DNA from: Alphaproteobacteria bacterium
GTDB taxonomy: Bacteria; Pseudomonadota; Alphaproteobacteria; MPNO01
Direction of reading: 5' to 3'
Assembly (NCBI GenBank): GCA_965202905.1
Contig: OZ241868.1
Span: forward strand, 1,353,699 to 1,417,698
DNA length: 64,000 nucleotides
Below, piece after piece: positions 38,521 to 46,805 of the stretch (the stretch's first letter is position 1; each line of letters begins with the position of its first letter). The position numbers and the translations under genes were made by a program. A model generated the notes under the pieces. The model was not told where the DNA came from. It ran no database searches and was given only the letters and a program-made list of their open reading frames with translations.

Positions 38521-40201
38521 CCCGGGCACGATCTGGTCCTCCACAACGGACGTATCGTCACGCTCGACGGCGCCTCGCGCATCGCCCGGGCGGTGGCGGT
38601 GCGCGAGGGCCGGATCGCCGCGGTCGGCGAGGATGCGGAGATCCTGGCCGGTGCGGGCCCGCGCACGCGGCGCATCGACCTCAACGGCGCCGCGGTCACG
38701 CCCGGTATCTTCGACGCCCATCCCCATATGGACCGCGAGGGGCTGAAGCGCCGGGGCGGCCATCCGATCGAGGGCCTCGGCTCGATCGCGGGAATCTGCG
38801 AGGCGGTGCGCGAGGCCGCGGCGCGGACCCCGGCGGGCGAGTGGATCATCGCCATGCCGATGGAGCTCGCGCCCGAGGACGGTATGCCGCGCTATGTCAG
38901 TGAGCCGGAGGATCTCGCCGAAGGCCGTTTCCCCAATCGTCATGACCTCGACGGCGCGGCGCCGGACCATCCGGTCCTGATCCGCGGCGCCTGGGGCTGG
39001 TGGTCCAAGCCGCCGTTCCCGAGCGTCGCCAACTCACGCGCCCTGGAGCTCGCCGGCATTGGCCGCGACACCGCCGCGCCGCACCGGAGCGAGATCCTCA
39101 AGGAAGCCTCGGGCGAGCCGACGGGGGCGATGCTGGAGACCAACCGCGCCCCGGTCCTCGAATACACGCTCCTTGGCTGCGTACCCCGTTTCACCTTCGA
39201 GGACCGGATCGCCGCCGCGCGAATCGGCCCCAGGCTCTACAACGCCGCAGGCACCACCGCGGGGTTCGAGGGCCACGGCCTGACCCCGGCGTTGATCGAG
39301 GCCTACCGCCGCGCCGCCGAGTCGGGCGACCTGTCGGTCCGGCTGACCGCGAGCCTGAGCGTGCCCAGCGCGGTGATGAACGATGCCGGGGTAGCCGACC
39401 TGCTCCATCAATGGGCCGGGCGCATCGCGGCCCCCGGACGGCGCGAGGGGAACCTGGTCACCGACGGGATCTGTCTCGATTTCGGGCGATCCCGCAGTCG
39501 CGCGGATCATCGCCACCGGCTATCCTTACGAGGCTTGGGCCGGCCATTTCAGCCAGTCGGTCGGGCAGGAGAGACTCATCGCCATTGCGGTCCTGGCCGC
39601 CCGGCTCGGCATCCGGCTCGCCTGCATCTGCTACGACATCGAGGCTCTGCTCCAGGCCTACGAGGCGGTCGACCGCGAGGTTCCGATCCGCGACCGCCGC
39701 TGGGTGATGATGCACCTGACCCGGGCCAGCGACGACCAGCTCCGCCGGATCAAGGCGCTCGGCGTGATCGTGACCATGACACCCAACTTCATGTACCACG
39801 CAACCACGCGGCTGGGCCTTGCCGGGCTCGGCGCCGAGGGCACGCCGATCCGCCGGGTGATCGACGCCGGCATCCCGGTCGCGCTGTCGTCCGACAACGT
39901 GCCGGTCTCGATGTTCTGGGCGATGTGGTCGGCGTTGACCCGCTATGCCGGCGATTTGGGCGGACGGCTGGGCGAATCCGGACTCGCGCGCGAGGAGGCG
40001 CTGCGCCTGATCGCCCAGACCGGCCATGCGCTCACCTGGGACGAGGGACAGCGCGGGGCGATCGTACCGGGCATGGACGCCGATCTCACGGTGCTCGACC
40101 GCGATCCGCTGGTCTGTGCCGAGGACGAGATCAGGGACATCGCGGCCACGCGGACCTTCCTCGCCGGCCGCGAGGTCAGTCGTTCGCCATCGTTGCCTTG
40201 A
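38521..40201 (+). pseudogene. amidohydrolase-3 family metal-dependent hydrolase with one frameshift (or sequencing error) near 39480
   Basis: N-terminal part in frame 1 (MPGHDLVLHNGRIVTLDG...DGICLDF) continues in frame 2 (SGDPAVARIIATGYPYEAW...MMHLTRASDDQL...); the two ORFs are otherwise collinear with one ~560-aa protein. Confidence 0.55.
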
Positions 40202-40472
40202 CGATCTCGCGATCGACGACCATGTCCGCGGTGTCCGCGCGATAGGCGGCCATGTAGTCGGTCTGCATATGGTGGTCGACCGCCGCTTGGTCGGCGTAGA
40301 CCTCATAGAGCCGCACGATGTCCGATGTCCCCTCGGGTACGACGATGTCGAACCGCTCGCAGTCTGACTCTTCTCTCAGCACCCGCTCGCGGTGCTGCCT
40401 GCCCCGCGCGACGAACGCATCGCGCTTTCCTTCGGCGATCTTCAACTCGACAAGCAGGACGACGGCGCTCAT
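40176..40472 (-). CDS. antibiotic-biosynthesis-monooxygenase (ABM) domain protein
   Basis: ~98 aa from MSAVVLLVELK; ferredoxin-like ABM pattern; convergent 26-bp overlap with the amidohydrolase end. Confidence 0.6.
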   Translation of the reverse strand: MSAVVLLVELKIAEGKRDAFVARGRQHRERVLREESDCERFDIVVPEGTSDIVRLYEVYADQAAVDHHMQTDYMAAYRADTADMVVDREIVKATMAND

Positions 40473-40677
40473 CCGGACCTCCTTTATCCTTCGGTTATCG
40501 TCGCGGCGGAGAAATATTATTGCACCAAAACGGGTTATGGCAGATTTGCATGAGGGCTTCAAACGCGTATTGAAACTAAATCAACACGGTGCATGAATCA
40601 TGAACAAGGCGACGCAAGCGCCGACAGAGGCTGCCCACGCGCCGACTCGGGCCGACGCCGGCGGGCCGCCCTCTGGT

Positions 40678-41007
40678 TCAATCCTCGCGCGGCTCCCACA
40701 TCCAGGCTGGAATGTCGCACACCCCATGCAGGACGCGCCAGACATCAATGTCCGCCTCCCTCTCGACATGGAAGATCAGGTACGGAAACCTTCCGGGCGG
40801 CCGGAAGCGCAGGCCGGGAATATCCAGCTCGTGCGCATGGCGCGGCGAGCCGCTCCCCGGCCGGTCGCCGATTCGGTGGCGCGCATCTTCCAGCGCGTCG
40901 ATGAAGGCCAGCGCAACCGCCGGTTTCGCCTCGACCAGATAGTGATCGACCGCCTCATCGATATCGCGTCTCGCCCGCTCTCGAAGGACGACCGGCTTGC
41001 CGCTCAC
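40678..41007 (-). CDS. parE: type II toxin, ParE/RelE family
   Basis: GTG start; ...RRDIDEAVDHY...GSGSPRHAHELDIPGLRFRPPGRFPYLIFHVEREADIDVWRVLHG matches the ParE pattern. Confidence 0.75.
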   Translation of the reverse strand: MSGKPVVLRERARRDIDEAVDHYLVEAKPAVALAFIDALEDARHRIGDRPGSGSPRHAHELDIPGLRFRPPGRFPYLIFHVEREADIDVWRVLHGVCDIPAWMWEPRED

Positions 41008-41243
41008 CGCCGGCCGGCTTCGCGGACCCGGCCGCAGAGTCGGTCGAAGTAGTCCGCATCGGCCGTGACCGCCGGCGACGACGACGCGCCTTCGAGAAGC
41101 AGGGCGCGCAAGCGCTGACGATCCTGATCCTTGCGGATCAGTTCCCGGACATACTCGCTTGACGTGCTGTAGCCGCACGCGCTGACCTGATCGTCCACGA
41201 AGTTCTTGAGCGCCGCGGGAAGCGATGTGTTCATCGTGGTCAT
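41004..41243 (-). CDS. parD: type II antitoxin, ParD (ribbon-helix-helix)
   Basis: 79 aa; MNTSLPAALKNFVDDQVSACGYSTSSEYVRELIRKDQDRQ is ParD-like; GTGA overlap with the toxin start. Confidence 0.75.
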   Translation of the reverse strand: MTTMNTSLPAALKNFVDDQVSACGYSTSSEYVRELIRKDQDRQRLRALLLEGASSSPAVTADADYFDRLCGRVREAGRR

Positions 41244-41249
41244 GAGCCG

Positions 41250-41290
41250 AGACTACGAGACTAACGGCATTGGCAAAGTTTGGCAAGAAG
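41250..41290 (-). promoter_or_regulatory. candidate parDE operator/promoter (direct repeats)
   Basis: TTGGCAA repeated at 41270-41276 and 41280-41286 (10-bp phasing) and GAGACTA repeated twice, 7-45 bp upstream of the parD ATG. Confidence 0.3.
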
Positions 41291-41664
41291 CCGCCGTTCG
41301 GTTCGCGTCCCTTGAGGCAACGACAATCGCCGCCATCCACCGACAGGCGTGCGAATCGGGCGTTCACCCCGCATTTCCCCAGTGAACTTCGGCTCTGGAC
41401 CTTCTGAACGCTGCGTGGACCACCGCGGCCAAAGGCTGCTGCTTAATGACCACCACTGCAACAAATGGTGAAACCACGGCTGCCAGTACTGGCGGCGTGG
41501 TAGAGAACGCGCTGATTTTGGCATTTTACAGCCAAATTCCGGGCATCATCCGTTCACGAAGTGCCGATGTCGCCCCGATCTCTCAAAAGCACTCGGAAAC
41601 CGGGTTGAGTTTCCAGATTTTGGTCCATAGCTTCACAGAAGGCGCTCCAAATGAGAAATTTCGG

Positions 41665-41859
41665 ATGAAGACACAGAATTTCGCCGGACTCGCGCTGGCC
41701 GTTCTCGCGATGAGCGGTCTGACCGGTTGCGGTTCGGCCTATTCCGGCCTGATGGGTGCCTCGGGCCTCGGCGCCGCCGACACCACCCGCCAACACTTCC
41801 TCGAAGTCCTGCTGCAAGAGGCGCTCTCGCCGGGTGAGGAACGGGAGGCAGCGGCATGA
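41665..41859 (+). CDS. small Gly-rich lipoprotein (entericidin-like?)
   Basis: 64 aa; signal plus lipobox LAMSGLTGC; stop overlaps start of the next gene (ATGA); reduced GC. Confidence 0.4.
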   Translation: MKTQNFAGLALAVLAMSGLTGCGSAYSGLMGASGLGAADTTRQHFLEVLLQEALSPGEEREAAA

Positions 41860-43007
41860 CGGTCACCATCCCATCCACCCGCGATTTCGGCACTGCGTTC
41901 CAGCGATTTCAGGAACTGATCAAAGCCAAATCCGGCCACCCGTTCCGGAGTTTCGACGAAGGCCTCGCCAGAGAACGGGAAAGCTATAAGCCGCGCTTGC
42001 GCGACCATGCTCTATCCCTGCTGGACATCGGGGCTTGGTCCGAGGACGAGATCGGTTCGGGTACGATCCTGAACCGTACGATCGAAGCGATCGAGATCCA
42101 GGATGGCCGCCTCAAACGGACCAACAACCTTGTATTGTGGCAGAACCGTTATGGCCACGCCAACCGCGATCACCGCGCCCTGCTGGAGGCGGCGACGAAC
42201 CCGAAACTGCGTACCGAGTTCGAGGGCCTGCTGTTTGGCCTATATCACAGCAATGAGGACGAGAGCGCGACCTTCGATCGGCTGAGCGATTTGGCGGGCC
42301 GCAAGTATCCGCTCATCGCCTATCTTTTTTTCCTCAAGGATATGGACCGGTTCATGCCGATCCAGCCAACGGGTTTCGACCGCGCCTTCCGCGCACTTGG
42401 CATCGATTTCACCACGCTACGCCAATGCAGTTGGGATAACTACGCCGCCTATAACGCAACGCTGGATGGATTGCGATCCTTGATCGCCGATGCGGCCGGG
42501 ATCAATGCCGTCCGTCTGGTCGATGCGCATTCCTTCTGCTGGATTTTCTCGTTGCTTATCAACAAGAAGGAAGACAAGGGGGCTCTTGAACGGGCGCCGG
42601 GGGGTAAGGATAAGGGCCGCACTCTCGAGGGGCGGGAGAAATCCATCATCGATATGCGTTATTCGGTCGAGAATACGGTGCGAAACGCGAATGGCCAGAT
42701 CGTGAAACGCACGGTGAAGAACAAGGATCTGCGGATGAGTTCTGCCGAGCTTGATAAGCATATCGCCTCTCTGCTCGACCGTCAGGATGACCGTTGCGCG
42801 TTGACCGGAATACCTTTCCATTTCCACGATCCCGACTCGGACAAGAACCTGCTTCCGTCATTGGATCGGATCGACAGCGACGGTCACTACGAAGCGGGTA
42901 ACCTCCAGATCCTCTGTCGGTTCATCAATGTCTGGAAAGGCGCCTATGACAATGAGGAGTTCAAGCGCCTGCTGATGCTCGTGCGCGACGTCGAAGCGGA
43001 AGAATAG
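41856..43007 (+). CDS. two-domain protein: uncharacterised N-terminal domain plus C-terminal HNH-like nuclease motif
   Basis: 383 aa; C-terminus RCALTGIPFHFHDPDSDKNLLPSLDRIDSDGHYEAGNLQILCRFINVWKG fits the HNH pattern (C-x2-T...H-x-H...N...N-x2-K); no Walker motifs; GC ~55% against ~68% background. Confidence 0.65.
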   Translation: MTVTIPSTRDFGTAFQRFQELIKAKSGHPFRSFDEGLARERESYKPRLRDHALSLLDIGAWSEDEIGSGTILNRTIEAIEIQDGRLKRTNNLVLWQNRYGHANRDHRALLEAATNPKLRTEFEGLLFGLYHSNEDESATFDRLSDLAGRKYPLIAYLFFLKDMDRFMPIQPTGFDRAFRALGIDFTTLRQCSWDNYAAYNATLDGLRSLIADAAGINAVRLVDAHSFCWIFSLLINKKEDKGALERAPGGKDKGRTLEGREKSIIDMRYSVENTVRNANGQIVKRTVKNKDLRMSSAELDKHIASLLDRQDDRCALTGIPFHFHDPDSDKNLLPSLDRIDSDGHYEAGNLQILCRFINVWKGAYDNEEFKRLLMLVRDVEAEE

Positions 43008-43478
43008 ATGGGTATCAACCTCGTCATCGCCGTCACCGATGGAGACCGGTTCGAGATGCTGCGGCGGCAGCCGGACCTTGGCGAGGTGAATTTCTGGACG
43101 CCCTCGGCGGCGAACTTCCGCGCGCTCCAGCCGAACGAACTGTTCTGTTCAAGCTGTACGCGCTGCACAACGTGATCGTCGGCGGAGGCATATTCGCCTA
43201 TGCCAATGCGTTGCCGTGTTCGTTGGCCTGGGGGCGTTCGGCGAGACGAATGGCGCGTGCTCAGCGCGGGAGATGCATGCCCGCATTGCCAAATATCTCC
43301 AGGCGGACTTGGACGGCCGCCAAGTCAGGCATCGACCGCGAGCGGGTCAGCCCTCTCATGGCCGGAACCCACGAGTCGGGCAGAGAGTTGGGGACCATGG
43401 TCAGATGAAGTTATTCAAAAAGAAGGTGCGTGTAACTCCCGAAATTTTTTGGATCGCCAAGTTCAGAATGTCATGATC
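43008..43478 (+). pseudogene. decayed remnant of a putative HNH/restriction-type endonuclease gene (at least two frameshifts plus truncation)
   Basis: Frame 0 MGINLVIAVTDGDRFEMLRRQPDLGEVNFWTPS...ELF, frame 2 ...NVIVGGGIFAYANALPCSLAW, frame 1 GAFGETNGACSAREMHARIAKYLQ; collinear pieces of one N-terminal domain that then dissolve into AT-rich DNA. Confidence 0.45.
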
Positions 43479-43493
43479 GAATGAAAGAATTAT

Positions 43494-43805
43494 ATGAGAC
43501 AGTTATTTGAAAAATGTGAGATCGAAATCCTGAATGAAAAATTATTCACATTTTGCACTTTCTTTCCAATATTATCAATAAGCTTGGCTAATTTAGAAGA
43601 CGATATTCAGCTGTGTTACTCGAATCGAATTGCCGCAGAACTGGAGAGCCGATTCGGTAGAGGTATTGAAGAACAGTTCAAAATCCGTACGTTAGAATAT
43701 CTTTTTTCTTACTTAGCTTTTGTTATTCCAGGATGCATGAAAGTAGATATTCCTTTCTTCAGAGACCTCAAATTTGTGAGGAGCAAAAAGGGGGTATCAG
43801 CATGA
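43494..43805 (+). CDS. hypothetical protein in ~35% GC tract (orphan, possibly non-functional)
   Basis: 103-aa ORF in strongly AT-rich DNA, unlike the host composition. Confidence 0.3.
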   Translation: MRQLFEKCEIEILNEKLFTFCTFFPILSISLANLEDDIQLCYSNRIAAELESRFGRGIEEQFKIRTLEYLFSYLAFVIPGCMKVDIPFFRDLKFVRSKKGVSA

Positions 43806-44001
43806 GGTTGAGCCTCGAGAGACGGCCCGAGTAGAATCGGATGATGGCCGTCGTCTCGCTCTTCCTTTATCCTTTGGTTCTCGCGCTAGTCTAGCAGGTT
43901 TATCGTCACGGTCACCCCGCTTCACAAGCACCTCGCCCGCAACAGAGCGGATCGCGAACGGTGGGATACGATGTCGAGACCTCCGATCGCGCTCACCGCG
44001 G

Positions 44002-45003
44002 TCAGTGGCCAGCCGCCTCTTCGCGCAACAGGCCGAGACGGGTGAGGATCTCGCGGTCGGAGAAGACGAACAGGACCGTGCCGGGCGCGGCCGCGAAATG
44101 GCTGATCCAGTGGCCGGCAGGCAGGGTGAAGACATCGTTGCGGGACCATTCGAGCGTCGTCTCGCCGATCGACGAACGGCCTTCGCCCTCAATAACCAGG
44201 CATCCCGCGCTGGCGTTGGTGCGACAGGGCGCGCTCGGCCGGCCGGAGTGGAGCGCGACCAGCGAGCACTCGATCGTCGGCAGTGCCGGGCCCCCGGTGA
44301 GCGGGTTGGTGTAGCGCAGCCGCCGGGCGCCGTCCGCCTCCGGCGCAAGCCCGGCGAGCGCCTGGGCGGCGCTTGCCCAGGGGTAGCGGAACATCGGCGA
44401 ATACGGCGTCTCGCCCGGCGGGCCCGCCGGCACCAAGCCCGGCGAGGCGAACGCCGGGTCCGCCGGCAGTTCGCCGGCCGGGCCCGGCTCGAATACGCCG
44501 TTGTCGAGAAACCGGTTGAGCGGCACGTCCAGCACGTCAAGCCAGACCATCCGCCCCTCGGCCTCGTGGACATGTTCATGCCAAGTCCAGCCCGGCGTCA
44601 GGATCATATCGCCGCGCACCATCGGACACGACTTGCCGTCGACGACGGTTTCCGCGCCTTGGCCGTCGATGACGAAGCGCAGCGCGTTCATCGTGTGGCG
44701 GTGCGGCCGGGCGCGCTCGCCCGGCAACAGGACCTGCAGCGCCGCGCTCAGCGTCACGCTGGTGCCGTTGCCGCGGCCCTCGGCGACCCGGTGGGGGCTG
44801 TTGAGCTGCAGCACCCGGCGCTCGGCCTCGTCCATCGACACCGCATCGATCGCCGCCTCGATCAGCGGATCCATCACCGACCATCGCCAGATGTGGGGCG
44901 GTTCCGGCGGCCGGTTGGTCGTGCCCGCCTGCTCCCAGAGCGCGGCCACGCTCGCCGCGTTCATCGCTTCGTGAAACGCATCGCGTGAAACCGGTTCGGC
45001 CAT
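44002..45003 (-). CDS. bicupin dioxygenase (gentisate 1,2-dioxygenase-like)
   Basis: 333 aa; two cupin domains with His-containing motifs (HRHTMNALRFVIDGQG, HEHVHEAEG). Confidence 0.7.
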   Translation of the reverse strand: MAEPVSRDAFHEAMNAASVAALWEQAGTTNRPPEPPHIWRWSVMDPLIEAAIDAVSMDEAERRVLQLNSPHRVAEGRGNGTSVTLSAALQVLLPGERARPHRHTMNALRFVIDGQGAETVVDGKSCPMVRGDMILTPGWTWHEHVHEAEGRMVWLDVLDVPLNRFLDNGVFEPGPAGELPADPAFASPGLVPAGPPGETPYSPMFRYPWASAAQALAGLAPEADGARRLRYTNPLTGGPALPTIECSLVALHSGRPSAPCRTNASAGCLVIEGEGRSSIGETTLEWSRNDVFTLPAGHWISHFAAAPGTVLFVFSDREILTRLGLLREEAAGH

Positions 45004-45218
45004 CGGCCCTGTCCCCTCAAAGCAGGCTGCCGGACTGCCGGACTATTGTGGCCCCGATCGCGCGCGGCGCCAAGGCGCCTGCGCAATCGGCGACAGCTTC
45101 GTCCCGCGTCCCTGGCCCGGCGTTCAGGCGCGGGGCCTTGACCGCGCAGGATCCGGGGCATATTTGCCAGAGGTTCGCCGGGGCTTGACGCGAATCCTCA
45201 ATTCGATCGAGAGATACG

Positions 45219-45623
45219 ATGATCAACCACCACAGCGCGCTGATCTACACCATGGTGCTGGCATCGGCCGCAGACCGCGATATGACCGACAGCGAGGTCC
45301 GCCGCATCGGCGAGATCGTCAGCCGACTGCCGGTCTTCGAGGATTTCGACGTTGAGACGCTGACCGACACCGCGGCGGAGTGCGCCGGGCTGCTGGACGC
45401 CGATGACGGGCTCGACACCGTGCTGCAGGTGATCCGCGAGGCGCTGCCCCGGAAACTGCGCGAGACCGGCTACGCGGTGGCCTGCGAGATCGTCGCCGCG
45501 GACGGCACCGCAAACCGGGAGGAGCTCCGGCTGCTCGAGCTGCTCGGCCAAAGCCTGGAGATCGACCGGCTGTCGGCCGCCGCCATCGAACGCGGCGCGC
45601 GCGCCCGCCACATGAAGCTCTAG
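45219..45623 (+). CDS. TerB-like (tellurite-resistance TerB family) protein
   Basis: 134 aa; helical TerB-like pattern with acidic residues (ADRDMTDSEVRRIGEIV ... AADGTANREELRLLELLG). Confidence 0.6.
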   Translation: MINHHSALIYTMVLASAADRDMTDSEVRRIGEIVSRLPVFEDFDVETLTDTAAECAGLLDADDGLDTVLQVIREALPRKLRETGYAVACEIVAADGTANREELRLLELLGQSLEIDRLSAAAIERGARARHMKL

Positions 45624-45640
45624 CCATTTCCACCGCCGTC

Positions 45641-46648
45641 GTGCCCGGCCGGCCGCCGGGCCGCGCGATCGCGGCCTGGCTCTATCTCTGTGCCGCGATG
45701 GTCTTCGCGATGGTTGTGCTCGGCGGGCTGACCCGGCTCACGGGCTCGGGCCTGTCGATGGTCGACTGGCAGCCGGTCGCCGGCGTCCTGCCGCCGATGA
45801 ACGAGGCGGACTGGCAGGCGCTGTTCGAGCGGTACAAGGCGTCACCCGAGTTCCAGCGGGTCAATTTCTGGATGACGGTCGACGATTTCCGCTCGATCTT
45901 CTGGCTGGAGTTCCTCCATCGGCTGGGCGGCCGGCTGATCGGCCTCGTCTTCGGCGTGCCGCTGATCTATTTCCTGATCCGCCGCCGCATCGGCGGAGCG
46001 CTGGGGCTGCGGCTGGTTGTGCTGTTCATTCTCGGCGGCGGCCAGGGGCTGCTCGGCTGGTACATGGTCCGGAGCGGGCTGGTCGACCGGCCGGACGTCA
46101 GCCATTACAGGCTCGCCGCGCACCTGATGCTGGCGGTCGCGCTGTACGGCTACCTGCTGTGGACGGCGCTTGGAATCCGCGCGGAGCGCGCTGGCCGGCC
46201 GCAACTCGGCGGCCATCTCGGCCTGGTGATCGGCGGCGTCGCGCTCACGATGACCTGGGGGGCGTTGGTCGCAGGCCTCGACGCCGGCCACATCTACCCG
46301 ACTTTTCCGCTGATGGACGGCAGGCTGATCCCGGCCGAGGCGCTGACGATGACGCCCTGGCCGGTCGATGCGACCGAGAATGCCGCGACGGTCCAGTTCC
46401 TGCACCGTGCGCTCGCCGTCGCGCTGGTGGTCGTGGTGCTGGCGCTGCGGTGGCGCGGCCGCATGGCGGAACGGCGGCGCGTGCGCATTCTCGACTGGCT
46501 CGCACTGATGGCGCTGATCCAGACGGGCCTGGGGATCGCGACCCTGCTCGCCGGCGTGCCCGCGGCGCTGGCGGCCGCCCATCAGGCCGGCGGGATGATC
46601 CTGCTTAGCCTCGCGATCTACGCCGCTCATATCTGGCAACGCGCTTGA
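45641..46648 (+). CDS. ctaA: heme A synthase (COX15/CtaA)
   Basis: 335 aa; GGLTRLTGSGLSMVDWQP and His-rich TM repeats. Confidence 0.85.
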   Translation: MPGRPPGRAIAAWLYLCAAMVFAMVVLGGLTRLTGSGLSMVDWQPVAGVLPPMNEADWQALFERYKASPEFQRVNFWMTVDDFRSIFWLEFLHRLGGRLIGLVFGVPLIYFLIRRRIGGALGLRLVVLFILGGGQGLLGWYMVRSGLVDRPDVSHYRLAAHLMLAVALYGYLLWTALGIRAERAGRPQLGGHLGLVIGGVALTMTWGALVAGLDAGHIYPTFPLMDGRLIPAEALTMTPWPVDATENAATVQFLHRALAVALVVVVLALRWRGRMAERRRVRILDWLALMALIQTGLGIATLLAGVPAALAAAHQAGGMILLSLAIYAAHIWQRA

Positions 46649-46805
46649 CGACGCGTCGGCAATCGTAGAGACTGCCCGATGTGGCGATTTGGCCCGACCG
46701 GCTTGCGGCCACGAAAAACAACCTGCTAAAAGGTCGGAGGAAATGCAAGCCCGCCGACCGTCCGGTCGGGGGGTTTTTGCTGTGCGCTAGCGGAAGAGGG
46801 ACGGG

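Noticed and set aside
40600-41052. 150-aa plus-strand ORF overlapping parE/parD
   Set aside because: It is antisense to a well-supported ParE toxin gene, has low-complexity translation and no independent support.
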